Below, piece by piece: positions 24,397 to 36,783 of a stretch of DNA of 64,000 bases (its first letter is position 1; every line of letters starts with the position of its first letter). The translations under genes were made by a program, and so were the position numbers. Source of the DNA: Candidatus Dadabacteria bacterium (GTDB lineage: Bacteria > Desulfobacterota_D > UBA1144 > Nemesobacterales > Nemesobacteraceae); the NCBI GenBank assembly GCA_951812735.1, contig OX638332.1, positions 18,508-82,507 of the forward strand. Direction: 5' to 3'. The notes beneath the pieces were generated by a model that was given only the letters and a program-made list of their open reading frames with translations, did not search any database and was not told the DNA's origin.

Positions 24397-25854
24397 TCAG
24401 TCAGTTTGGGGCAGACTCTCCGCCCCGAATTTCGAGATGGTTTCCAATGTCTCGCGTACGTCCTTCCAGGTCGTCGAGTAGTTGATGACGCACATCCTGA
24501 GCGCAAATGTCCCGTGAAGAAGTGTCGATGATATAAACGCGCGGTCTTCCCAGAAGATACGGACGAGTATGGTCCTGTTGATTTCTTCCAACACGTCCTC
24601 GCCAAGGTCAATGTTTGCGGGGTTGACGCGGAAGCATGCGATCCCCAATACTGCAGGAGTCAACATCTCCAGGACGGGACTTTCCTCGATGTACTTCTCA
24701 ATCCGGTGCGCAAGCTCCATCCCATTTGATACGGCTCGCCGGAACGCGGCCATTCCGAAAGTCTGAACCGACATCCAGATCTTCAACGCCCGAACGGAGC
24801 GGCTAAGTTGCAGGCCCCTGTCTGAAAGATTCGGGTGGCCAGCGCCCCAAATCGTGTCTTGGAGAATATCGTGCTTGGTGGCGAACGTCCGCTCGAGTGT
24901 GCGTACATCCTTCACCATCAGGCCGCCCACCTCATAGGGCTGGAAGAACCACTTGTGTGCGTCCATCCCGATTGAATCTGCACGCTCGATTCCGCGCAAG
25001 AGCCTCTTGCCTTCCTCGGCCACGATCGCGAATCCTCCATGCGCGGCGTCGACGTGAAGCCATATATTTTGTGCCTCGCAGCAGTCCGCCATCGCTTCCA
25101 GCGGGTCGATAGCTCCTGTGCTGCTCGTTCCAGCGTTCGCACACACTGCTATGGGGCTGAGTCCGGCGGCTCGGTCCTCGGCCACGGTCTCGACAAGCGC
25201 ATCCATGTCCATACGGAAATGTTCATCGGTCGGAATCATTCGAATGCATTCTGGACGAACACCTATAATTCTGGCTGCCCGGACAAGCGCACTGTGGCTC
25301 TGGTCACTCATGTACACGCTGGTACGTTCCGGGTTGTTCGCGGCCTCCCTCGCAGCGACGAGGGCGTCAAGGTTCGCCGCCGAGCCCCCGCTCGTCAGCA
25401 GTCCACCTGCACTCTCCGGATAGCCAAGCCAGCGCCGAAACCAGTCGATCACGACGAGCTCGAGTTGGCTCGGACCGCTCGAAATCAGCCAGGAGCTCTG
25501 GTTGATATTAAATCCGGCAACCATGAAGTCGGCCAGCACTCCGGGCCATGTGGGCTGCGAAGGGATGAATCCAAAGCAACGCGGGTGGTCCAAGCTCAGT
25601 GCGATCGGGAGGATCTTGTGTGCTGCCTGCTCAATCACTTGCGAGGCCGAACGGCCGTCCTCGGGAGGGTCCTTCAGCAGTTGGTCTTCAAGTTCTAGTC
25701 GAAACTCTCCCTCCCAGGCACCTTCTCCGGGCAAGTTCTCGATGCGCTGCACCACGAGTTCCGCCGCTCGGCGTGCAAGTTCCAGCATCTGTTCCGGTTC
25801 CATACGGAGGCCATCATCCACCCCACCATTACTGCCTGTTGTTGAGTCGTTCAT
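24397..25854 (-). CDS. Group II PLP-dependent decarboxylase (aromatic L-amino acid decarboxylase-like)
   Basis: HPRCFGFIP, TSGGS, SDQSHS, AGTSSTGAIDP, HVDAAHGG, DAHKW (PLP Lys), LKIW. Confidence 0.9.
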   Translation of the reverse strand: MNDSTTGSNGGVDDGLRMEPEQMLELARRAAELVVQRIENLPGEGAWEGEFRLELEDQLLKDPPEDGRSASQVIEQAAHKILPIALSLDHPRCFGFIPSQPTWPGVLADFMVAGFNINQSSWLISSGPSQLELVVIDWFRRWLGYPESAGGLLTSGGSAANLDALVAAREAANNPERTSVYMSDQSHSALVRAARIIGVRPECIRMIPTDEHFRMDMDALVETVAEDRAAGLSPIAVCANAGTSSTGAIDPLEAMADCCEAQNIWLHVDAAHGGFAIVAEEGKRLLRGIERADSIGMDAHKWFFQPYEVGGLMVKDVRTLERTFATKHDILQDTIWGAGHPNLSDRGLQLSRSVRALKIWMSVQTFGMAAFRRAVSNGMELAHRIEKYIEESPVLEMLTPAVLGIACFRVNPANIDLGEDVLEEINRTILVRIFWEDRAFISSTLLHGTFALRMCVINYSTTWKDVRETLETISKFGAESLPQTD

Positions 25855-26045
25855 TGCATGTCCTCCTCAGCTTTCCTGTCTCCGGCTCATATATGTCCCC
25901 CCAATCGAAAAAATGCTAGCATGTTAACAAATAATCTGTATGTTGTATACCTACTCGAGTGTTAATCATGTGCCAGCTGTCCGGTTTTGCTTCGGATCTT
26001 ATGCGAGAAGTCCATCGGATTGATTATCCAGGAGAGAAATTCTGA

Positions 26046-28622
<2,577 letters not shown>

Positions 28623-28740
28623 TAACTTTAGTTATTCCGCTCGCCGCGATGCGATGGCTTTATAAAATTTCCCAAGAACCACAGCTAGTGATATCTGCGC
28701 TCACGAAAACCCACACGGGAATACCTTATGGAGGACTGGC

Positions 28741-29421
28741 TTGACTTGCTGGGGCTATACCGGGGCCGAAGGTCCTGATAACTGGGGATTGCTCTCGCCG
28801 GATTATGCGACCTGCGCTATCGGACGCATGCAGTCACCGATTGACATCACCGGTGCCTTTCCCGTCAAGGGACCAGCACTGAAATTTGATTACAAGCCCT
28901 CTTCTCTGAAGATTTTAAACAGCGGACATACCCTCCAGGTAAATTACGCACCCGGCAGCACACTGACTGCAGCAGGTGAAATTTACGAACTGTTGCAGTT
29001 TCATTTTCACGTTCCGAGCGAACACGCTTTTGATGGTTTGCACACGGCGATGGAGGCACATTTCGTACACAAAAATCCAGCGGGCGTACTCGTGGTGGTT
29101 GGTGTTATGATGGAAATAGGCACACAAAACCATGCTTTGGCTGCAGTATTTGACAACGTACCAACCGAGGCAGGAATAGAAGTTGGTGTTGCGGGCACGA
29201 CAGTGGATGCATCTGCGATACTGCCGACGGCGACCACCGGCTACTTCCATTACAAGGGCTCACTCACCACTCCTCCCTGCAGTGAGGGAGTACACTGGTT
29301 CATTTTTCCGGACGCAATTGAGGTGAGTGCAGAACAGGTTGCAAACTTTGAGCGGATGTTCGGACACAATGCACGTCCGTTACAAAAGCGCAACGACCGT
29401 CTGCTGATTGTATCTTCGTAG
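28741..29421 (+). CDS. Alpha-class carbonic anhydrase, no signal peptide
   Basis: WGY...GPDNWG, QSPIDI, QFHFH.PSEH, EAHFVH, GSLTTPPCSEGV, NARPLQ; TTG start after GGAGG. Confidence 0.93.
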   Translation: MTCWGYTGAEGPDNWGLLSPDYATCAIGRMQSPIDITGAFPVKGPALKFDYKPSSLKILNSGHTLQVNYAPGSTLTAAGEIYELLQFHFHVPSEHAFDGLHTAMEAHFVHKNPAGVLVVVGVMMEIGTQNHALAAVFDNVPTEAGIEVGVAGTTVDASAILPTATTGYFHYKGSLTTPPCSEGVHWFIFPDAIEVSAEQVANFERMFGHNARPLQKRNDRLLIVSS

Positions 29422-29547
29422 GTTCCCGGAAATCGTTTTATAGTCTGGTGAAACGAGCTTTAAAACTATATCTGCTCTCAAACTAAAACCCTTTCTGATT
29501 TCTTCTGCGGGCAGGGCGTGTGAACCACTCATGAATGCAATTATATG

Positions 29548-30597
29548 CTAAAGGATTCCAGAAACGATAAGAAGGCTTACGAGGAGCAGATTAACTATTG
29601 CTAGGGGGAAAAGTTTCTTCCAGCCGAGACTCATTACCTGATCGTACCTGAACCGTGGCAAAGTCCATCTTACCCAGATAAACAGGAAGAGTAAGAAAAG
29701 GACTTTGCCGATAAAGATGGCAGGCGGCAGATACCAATGCGTATTGATATCGATGCCGAACCAGCCTCCAAACGGTAAGGGATACCAACCACCCAAAAAC
29801 AAACAAGTTATCATGCACGAGGCAACTATCATATGAGTATATTCAGCCATGAAGAACATTGCAAATTTCATGCTGCTGTATTCGGTGTGGTAGCCGGCGA
29901 CTATCTCGGGTTCGGCTTCCGGCATATCAAATGGAAGCCGGTTGGTTTCGGCAAACGCCGAGACGACGAAAACTACAAAGCCTATAAACGACGGGATCAT
30001 AAACCACACCTTCTCCTGCGCTTCGATTATGTCCCCTAAGCGAAGCGAACCCGTTATGGCTATTACCCCCAGTATGGACAGCCCAAGTGCGAGCTCGTAG
30101 CTTATCATCTGTGCCGCCGCCCGAAGACCTCCTAGAAGGGAGTATTTGCTGTTAGAACCCCACCCGCCGAGCACCACTCCGTATACGCTTAGCGAACTTA
30201 TTCCGAGCACGTAGAGAAGGCCGACGTTTATGTCGGCTATCTGGAGCTTTATGAACACGGGGTCCTGGAGAAACCCGAAAAGATCCGTGTAAAAACCCTT
30301 TCCTATGGGAATCACGGCGAGTGCCGCTAGGGCCGTGACTAGCGCGAACGCCGGGGCCATTATATACATGGTCTTGTTTGCTTTCGGGGGAATTATGTCT
30401 TCTTTAAAAATGAATTTTATGCCGTCGGCAAGGGGCTGCAGGAGCCCCGAGGGCCCGACCCTGTTCGGTCCGTAGCGGTCCTGTATGAAAGCGCTTAACC
30501 TTCTTTCCGCGAAAGTGAGATAGGCGACCACCGTCAAAACGACGAAAAAAACAAATGCTATCTTTGCGACCGCTATTGATATTAGAAGTGGAGTCAT
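29548..30597 (-). CDS. nuoH: NADH-quinone oxidoreductase subunit H
   Basis: RYGPNRVG, QPLADGIK, AETNRLPFD, EYSSMKFA, PRFRYDQ. Confidence 0.98.
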   Translation of the reverse strand: MTPLLISIAVAKIAFVFFVVLTVVAYLTFAERRLSAFIQDRYGPNRVGPSGLLQPLADGIKFIFKEDIIPPKANKTMYIMAPAFALVTALAALAVIPIGKGFYTDLFGFLQDPVFIKLQIADINVGLLYVLGISSLSVYGVVLGGWGSNSKYSLLGGLRAAAQMISYELALGLSILGVIAITGSLRLGDIIEAQEKVWFMIPSFIGFVVFVVSAFAETNRLPFDMPEAEPEIVAGYHTEYSSMKFAMFFMAEYTHMIVASCMITCLFLGGWYPLPFGGWFGIDINTHWYLPPAIFIGKVLFLLFLFIWVRWTLPRFRYDQVMSLGWKKLFPLAIVNLLLVSLLIVSGIL

Positions 30598-32201
30598 CTG
30601 CCCGCGCTGTGCTCAAGAACTTTTCCGACGGTACCTATTCTGTCGTAGCTGATCCCCCCGTATCCGGGGATCTTGAGACATATGTCGTCCATCACTTCCG
30701 ATGCGGAGCCGTAGCTGAACAGGGGCTTGTCGACCCGCTCCCCGATCATGCACAGTATCTCGCATCCGGACTTAGCATTCCCGGGAGGAGAGATGGCCTT
30801 TTTTATTCTCTGAACCCGCCCGGTGTCATTTGTGAAAGTTCCGTTTTTTTCATAGGGGCTTGCCGCGGGGAGTATCACGTGGGCGTATCTCGCGGTCTCG
30901 GTGAGTTCGTAGTTGATAACGGCGAGAAATCCGATTTTCTCAAGTGCGCGCGAAAGAGCGTATTTTTCACTGGAGGAAACCAGTTCAAACAGATCCGCTT
31001 CGATGACGACCAGAGTATCGATTCCGCCGGCAAGCAGTGAGTCGATCGTCGTTTTCACATCCTCTCCGTTTACCTGCGTCATGAGTTTTCTCGCTCCCGC
31101 ACTGTTTGGATACGGATCGTTGCTTACGAGGTCGAATTTTTTCTCTATCTTCTCGGTGCCCGCGGCACAGATTGCCGGGCAGTCTCCAAGAACAGATGAA
31201 AGCTTCACCGAAAGGAACATCTCCTCGTTTGTAAGCCTGGCTGACCCCACAATAGCGCAGGGACCCGCGCCGCCTGACTTTATTCCCGAGAGCCTGGCGC
31301 CAACGCTGCTAATTGCGTCCTCCCAGGAGGCTATCTCGTAGTCTTTATCGCTTCTTATGATTGGATCTTTAAGCCTGGTTGACTCCTGGATTTCCTTGTA
31401 ATCGAATCTTCCCCTGTCGCATATCCAGTGTCCGTTTACTTCCTGGTTTATTCTCGGGCGGATACGGGAGACTTCTCCTTTCCTCGGGTCAACGCCCACC
31501 GTAATGTTGCACCCGTTGCTGCAGAGAGAACACACCGAGTCTGTAAATTCCATGTACCAGACCCTCTCTTCGTGAAGCGTGTTCTTGGGGAGCAGGGCTC
31601 CGACCGGGCAGATATCAATCACGTTTCCCGCAAGTTCGTTATCAAGCGTTTTCCCGGGGAAAACCGAGATTTTTTTCCGAAAGCCTCTTCCGGTGGTTCC
31701 AAGCTCATGGGTTTTCGTCACCTCATCCGTAAAACGCACGCATCTGGTGCACATGATGCACCTGTTGGCGTCGTACATTATGCGGTCGCTTAGGTAGCTT
31801 TTCTGCCTTACCTTCTTGTTCTCTGGGCCGCCGACCCTGCTGTAGCCGGGACCGTGAGCAAAAGCGGTCATCTGAAGCGGACATTCTCCCCCCTTGTCGC
31901 ATATGGGACAGTCAAGCGGGTGGTTTATCAGGGTGAACTCAACGGCTGCTTTTCTGGCTTCAAAAGCTTTTTCGGTGTCTGTTTTTACCACGAGACCGTC
32001 TCTTACGGCTGTGTTACACGCGGGAAGAACCTTGGGAACGCCTTCCACTTCCACGAGACACTGCCTGCACTGGGCGACTACGCTTAGCGAAGGGTGATAG
32101 CAGAAGTGAGGGATCTCTATCCCGGCCACCGCGGCGGCCTGGATGACATTCAATCCGTCGTCCACATCAAGTTCGATTCCGTCGATGGTTATCTTGGGCA
32201 T
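30594..32201 (-). CDS. nuoG: NADH-quinone oxidoreductase subunit G (short form)
   Basis: FCYHP..CRQC, HPLDCPICDKGGEC, CIMCTRC..CP, CSLCSNGC..WICD; overlaps the nuoH start. Confidence 0.9.
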   Translation of the reverse strand: MPKITIDGIELDVDDGLNVIQAAAVAGIEIPHFCYHPSLSVVAQCRQCLVEVEGVPKVLPACNTAVRDGLVVKTDTEKAFEARKAAVEFTLINHPLDCPICDKGGECPLQMTAFAHGPGYSRVGGPENKKVRQKSYLSDRIMYDANRCIMCTRCVRFTDEVTKTHELGTTGRGFRKKISVFPGKTLDNELAGNVIDICPVGALLPKNTLHEERVWYMEFTDSVCSLCSNGCNITVGVDPRKGEVSRIRPRINQEVNGHWICDRGRFDYKEIQESTRLKDPIIRSDKDYEIASWEDAISSVGARLSGIKSGGAGPCAIVGSARLTNEEMFLSVKLSSVLGDCPAICAAGTEKIEKKFDLVSNDPYPNSAGARKLMTQVNGEDVKTTIDSLLAGGIDTLVVIEADLFELVSSSEKYALSRALEKIGFLAVINYELTETARYAHVILPAASPYEKNGTFTNDTGRVQRIKKAISPPGNAKSGCEILCMIGERVDKPLFSYGSASEVMDDICLKIPGYGGISYDRIGTVGKVLEHSAGR

Positions 32202-32234
32202 AGAGAGGGCTCAAGGGAAAAACAATTAGCGTAA

Positions 32235-32263
32235 ATACTAGTCAGAGAAAGTGTTTTTGACAA
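32235..32263 (-). promoter_or_regulatory. Putative sigma70 promoter for nuoGH
   Basis: Minus strand TTGTCA, 17 bp, TAGTAT. Confidence 0.55.
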
Positions 32264-32264
32264 G

Positions 32265-32480
32265 TCAGGCGTTTTTGTTCTTTTCGGGCGCCTGAAACTC
32301 GGTTTTCTCGTCTATATCGTCTTCAAATTCTATGTTCTTTTTTATGTCATCCTTGGCTCTTTGGAGCTCTCTTATCCCCCTGCCGAGGGTTCTCGCGACT
32401 TTGGGGAGTTCCTTAGGCCCTAAAACCACAAGGGCGATAAAAAGTATTATTAGTAATTCAGCCGTGCCAAGTCCGAACAT
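32265..32480 (-). CDS. TatA/TatB-family translocase subunit
   Basis: MFGLGTAELLIILFIALVVLGPKELP. Confidence 0.92.
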   Translation of the reverse strand: MFGLGTAELLIILFIALVVLGPKELPKVARTLGRGIRELQRAKDDIKKNIEFEDDIDEKTEFQAPEKNKNA

Positions 32481-32522
32481 GGTTTCTTTCTCCCGGTGTC
32501 TAATATAACCAAAACCGGCGGA

Positions 32523-33755
32523 TTAAGTACTGGCTTCGCTCTTTTTTTTCGTCGGCTTCTTTATGAGGAGCGTTATGAAGGCCGTTAAGAAGGACGCCGC
32601 CGTTGCCACGATTAGGGCGTTCTGGTAGCTCTGGGTCATGTCGAGGAGAAGTCCGGAAATAAGAGGACCGCTGATAGCGGCGAGGGAGAATCCGGTGCCG
32701 AAAATACCGAATATGCTTCCAAGGGACGTAAGGCCGTAGAATCTCCCAAGTATCGTTGGGAACATCGGGACCCATCCGCTGTAGAAGAGGCCGAACAGGA
32801 AGCCGAACAGGTAAAGAGACCACACGTTCACGACCGACAGGATGAGGATTATTGATACCGCCTGAAAGAAATAACAGACAAACAGTATACGCACGTTGCT
32901 TAGGTAATTGGTCATAACTCCCGAGAAGAAAATCCGCCCGAAGATGCTTCCAACCCCTATGAAAGCAGGCGCGCCGGCCGCAACAAGAGGGGATAGTCCC
33001 GCTTCTACGGAGAAGTTAAATAGGTGTACGATAATAATGAGAAAAGTGTTAAACCCGAGGAAAAAGGCAACGTACATAAGCCAGAAGCTTGAGTGTGAAA
33101 ACGCTTCCTTCGCACTCCAGTCAGAAGCTCCCGTATCTTTTGCTGCATCCTCCGAGTTCTCTCCGTAGGCCTTGAGCCCCATCTCCTCGGGGCGGTTTTT
33201 CACCAGAAGCGCGGAACAAAGTATCGCGGTGAAAATCACCGAGATGTAAACAAGGGCGCGCTCGTAACCGAAAGATTCTATGAGCCACGTGGTAAGCGGG
33301 TTTACCACAAGTCCGCTTACCGGAACCCCGGCCGTGGCGATCCCTATGGCAAGCGCCCTTTTCTTAACGAACCACCTGCTGATGACGGTGACGGGCAGTA
33401 TGTAGAGAAATCCGTCTCCTATTCCCACCATCACGCTGTAGGTAATGTAAAGCTCCCAGGTGGTTTCTGCATAAGCGGAGAGTAAAAAGCCCAATGCCCC
33501 TATGAGCCCTCCGAAAAAGGTCAGATACCTTGCGTCGTGGGTGTCTATGAGCCTCCCCGCGAATACAAACGAAAAAGCCATGCACACGCATCTCAGCGAA
33601 AAAAACGACGATCCGACGGTACTGGAGAGACCGAAAGCTTCGTTCAGGTAGGGGAGAAATATCCCGAACGAGTAGAGAACCATCCCGTCAAGCATTATGA
33701 GCAGGTGCCCTGCAACGACTATGACCCATCCGTAAAAAAATCTGTTTCTAAGCAT
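32523..33755 (-). CDS. MFS transporter (OFA/monocarboxylate-like)
   Basis: FYGWVIV, GRLIDTHDAR, WFVKKRALAIG; about 12 TM segments. Confidence 0.88.
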   Translation of the reverse strand: MLRNRFFYGWVIVVAGHLLIMLDGMVLYSFGIFLPYLNEAFGLSSTVGSSFFSLRCVCMAFSFVFAGRLIDTHDARYLTFFGGLIGALGFLLSAYAETTWELYITYSVMVGIGDGFLYILPVTVISRWFVKKRALAIGIATAGVPVSGLVVNPLTTWLIESFGYERALVYISVIFTAILCSALLVKNRPEEMGLKAYGENSEDAAKDTGASDWSAKEAFSHSSFWLMYVAFFLGFNTFLIIIVHLFNFSVEAGLSPLVAAGAPAFIGVGSIFGRIFFSGVMTNYLSNVRILFVCYFFQAVSIILILSVVNVWSLYLFGFLFGLFYSGWVPMFPTILGRFYGLTSLGSIFGIFGTGFSLAAISGPLISGLLLDMTQSYQNALIVATAASFLTAFITLLIKKPTKKKSEAST

Positions 33756-33797
33756 AGGATTGTTTAGTGGAAACGGGATTTCGCCGCGGCGGGCGAA

Positions 33798-35081
33798 TCA
33801 GAGAAGTTTCCGAAAATCGCCGTGTCCCCGAAGGTCGGCGAGTGTTTTGAGTGGAAACGTTTTTTCCTCTCCCGTTTTCATGTTGTGAAGCGAAAAGATT
33901 TTCCTGCGAAGTTCGTCTTCTCCTATAATGACGGAATACGTCGCCCCGGTTCTGTTCGCTTTTCTCATCTGGCTTTTCAGGCTCTTGTTTTCGTATTCGG
34001 TCTCGACCCGCATGCCCTTTTTTCTTAGGTCGTCGGCTATTTTTGCTGCCTTTCCTCTGGCTTCATCCCCGATATGGATAATGCATACGAGCTGTTTTTT
34101 CCCCGGAGCGTTCCTCCGGGTCTTAGTTTTTTCAAGCAGAAGCAGTATCCTCTCAACCCCCATCGCGAAGCCCACGGCAGGTGTTTCCGGTCCCCCCATC
34201 CGCTCCACCAGAAGGTCGTATCTTCCCCCTGCGGCCACGGCGTTCTGGGAACCGAGTTTGTCAGTCGTTATCTCGAAAACCGTATCGGTGTAGTAGTCAA
34301 GTCCCCTGACTATCCTTGGGTTAAGTCTGTAGGGTATGGATTTTTCGCCAAGAGAGGAGGTAAGCGCGTCGAGATGCTCGCCGCTCTGATCAGAGAGATA
34401 ATCCTGGATCGAGAAGGGGATCTCGGACGTTATCTCCCGGCATGTCCTGGTCTTGCAGTCAAGTATGCGGAGGGGGTTTGTGCCGAGCCTGTTCTGGCAG
34501 TTCTCGCAAAGGGAGTCCTTATTCGGGGAAAGAAAGTCCGTAAGGGCTTTTTTGTATCGCTCGCGCTCAGTTGGCTGCCCTATCGAGTTAAGTTCAAGCT
34601 CCACGTGATCCGAGAGCCCAAGTTCCGTGATTGCAAGCCAGAGCATCGCGATTATCTCTGAATCCGCAAGTGGGTCACGGGAACCGAAAAGCTCTGCTCC
34701 TATCTGGTTAAAGCTTCTCTGCCTTCCTTCCTGGGGCTTTTCATGCCTGAACATCTCTCCTGAGTAGTAAAGCTTCGTCACGGGTGATTTTCTGTGAAGG
34801 GAATGCTCTATAAAGGCCCTTACCACTCCTGCCGTCCCTTCAGGTCTCATCGAAACCCACTCTCCACCTTTAGTCTCAAACGTGTACATCTCTTTTTGTA
34901 CGATGTCGGTGGTATCGCCGAGTCCCGTTGAGTAGACCCCGGATAGTTCCAAGATCGGAATGATTATCTCGGAGAAACCGAAGCGCTCGAACACCCCTTT
35001 GGTTTTACTCTCTACGAGTCGCAGTTTTTCCGTTTCGGGGTGAAATATGTCTTTGAATCCGTGAAGACGGGACGCTTTCAT
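33798..35081 (-). CDS. hisS: Histidyl-tRNA synthetase
   Basis: RPEGTA, FRHEKPQ.GR, RGLDYY, GGRYD, GFAMGVER. Confidence 0.98.
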   Translation of the reverse strand: MKASRLHGFKDIFHPETEKLRLVESKTKGVFERFGFSEIIIPILELSGVYSTGLGDTTDIVQKEMYTFETKGGEWVSMRPEGTAGVVRAFIEHSLHRKSPVTKLYYSGEMFRHEKPQEGRQRSFNQIGAELFGSRDPLADSEIIAMLWLAITELGLSDHVELELNSIGQPTERERYKKALTDFLSPNKDSLCENCQNRLGTNPLRILDCKTRTCREITSEIPFSIQDYLSDQSGEHLDALTSSLGEKSIPYRLNPRIVRGLDYYTDTVFEITTDKLGSQNAVAAGGRYDLLVERMGGPETPAVGFAMGVERILLLLEKTKTRRNAPGKKQLVCIIHIGDEARGKAAKIADDLRKKGMRVETEYENKSLKSQMRKANRTGATYSVIIGEDELRRKIFSLHNMKTGEEKTFPLKTLADLRGHGDFRKLL

Positions 35082-35334
35082 AGTACGTTTTCCCGGGTGA
35101 AAGGTTATCCCCGCGGGTTGGTTAAGGTTATACGCTCTTCAGTTAAAAATAAAGTTCCTGGTACCGAAGAGCGCTCTTCTGGAAGTACGTGGAAGGGGAG
35201 GTCGGCGAATACTGCCGATAGGCCTTAAACCTCTGGAAACCGTCGTTTTCAACCGACCTCTTGGGTTTGTCTCCCCAAGCCCGCGACGAACAATACGGGC
35301 TTGTTGCGAGGGAGTTAATTTGTATTCACTCCTA

Positions 35335-36615
35335 CTACTCTGCTACTTCGCCTTGAAAATCAAGATATATTCTTTGCGCTACACCTTGAGCGTCGTATGT
35401 ATCAACCGCGTAGAGCCCGTCCGTTATGTCTCCATTTTCATTAAGGTCGATCGGGCCCGAAAGTCCTTCATAGTCAATGTCGTCGTTAATCGTGGTTTCA
35501 TCGGTAAGCGCCGCGGCGCAGGTAGCGTAACTGTGGCACTCTGCTCCACCTCTCGTGATCTCTTGGATTTTGGAAACATAAACAGAGGGGTCGTTGCTTC
35601 CGGCGCTTAAGGCCGCAAGGCGGAGTATGACCACCGCATCGTAGATGTGCGCGGTAAAGTCACTAAAATCGAACCGCTCTTTGAATTCTTCAAGCCTTTT
35701 GCCCGGAGGTGGAGTCGAAATTACCTGCTTGAATCCGTCAATATCGCCGTTTTCCTCTTCCACATGCGGGAAAAGGCCGCTTGTAAACACGAGGCCGTCC
35801 CCGACGTAATATCCGATTTCCTCGGGAATCACCGGAGAATTAAGCAGGCCTTTGATTATCTCTCCTCCCTCACTAAAAACAAGCAGCACTATAGATTCTG
35901 CGTCCGGGATTGCTGCCTCAACACTTGAGACCACAGCGGCGGCCGACTCCGAAACCATGGCGTCATCCGAAAAATCGGCGGGGTCATAGCTGACGACCTC
36001 GACCTCTCTTCCGTCAGACATTATTTCTTCTTCGACGAGTGCCGCAAGGGCTGTTCCCCATGGGTCAACACGATTCACTATAACCGTCTTGCCCTGGGAC
36101 TGCTTCGCCAGTATCGGCGCCTGAAAGAGGTCAGAGGGGGCTACTCTGAAGAAAAAATTCTGGTTGCCACCGTCCACGAGTTTTTCGTTCATATCGGTAA
36201 GTGTAGGGGAAGTGGCCGAGGGCGAAATGGCGATCATCTTATTTTCGACCAGAAAAGGAAAAACACTTACGGAGTCTGAGGAGTATGAAGGTCCTACTAT
36301 GCCGCGGACACCCATTTCAAGAAGCCGCGTCGCCTCTCCAATCACTTCGGATGGGTCGAGCAGTCCCGCCTGAAAAGAATTTCCGCTTATGATCTCTGTA
36401 TTTCCCCCTGCCTTGTTAATATCGCCTTTAGCAAGGTCCACAGCCTTTATAAGAGGCGCGTTGAAACTTTCGCCTTCAGCCAGAAGCGTTCCTATACAGA
36501 AAGTTTCCGCACAATCCACTTTTGCCTGATCCTCTTCGTTGTCAAAGCACCCTGAAAAGAGTATTCCCATAAAAACCAAAAGCAGGACAGAACCCAAAAC
36601 ACTTAATCTTTTCAC
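35335..36615 (-). CDS. Branched-chain amino acid-type (type 1 PBP) substrate-binding lipoprotein
   Basis: GTG start after GGAGG, lipobox FSGC, ISPSATSP, FFRVAPSD, DIDYEGLSGPIDLNENGD. Confidence 0.85.
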   Translation of the reverse strand: MKRLSVLGSVLLLVFMGILFSGCFDNEEDQAKVDCAETFCIGTLLAEGESFNAPLIKAVDLAKGDINKAGGNTEIISGNSFQAGLLDPSEVIGEATRLLEMGVRGIVGPSYSSDSVSVFPFLVENKMIAISPSATSPTLTDMNEKLVDGGNQNFFFRVAPSDLFQAPILAKQSQGKTVIVNRVDPWGTALAALVEEEIMSDGREVEVVSYDPADFSDDAMVSESAAAVVSSVEAAIPDAESIVLLVFSEGGEIIKGLLNSPVIPEEIGYYVGDGLVFTSGLFPHVEEENGDIDGFKQVISTPPPGKRLEEFKERFDFSDFTAHIYDAVVILRLAALSAGSNDPSVYVSKIQEITRGGAECHSYATCAAALTDETTINDDIDYEGLSGPIDLNENGDITDGLYAVDTYDAQGVAQRIYLDFQGEVAE

Positions 36616-36783
36616 GACCAGATACCTCCAATTGAAATATGTGTTGCCATCGCCGAATCTCCGATTCACTGATGTGCTCTGCAATTATATGCTAAAACGG
36701 AGTTAACCGGTTGGGTCTTTTTCGATGATTTATATATCGGTAAGGAAGTTTCCTGTTGTTTAATGCTCCGGGGAAGGGAGGGG

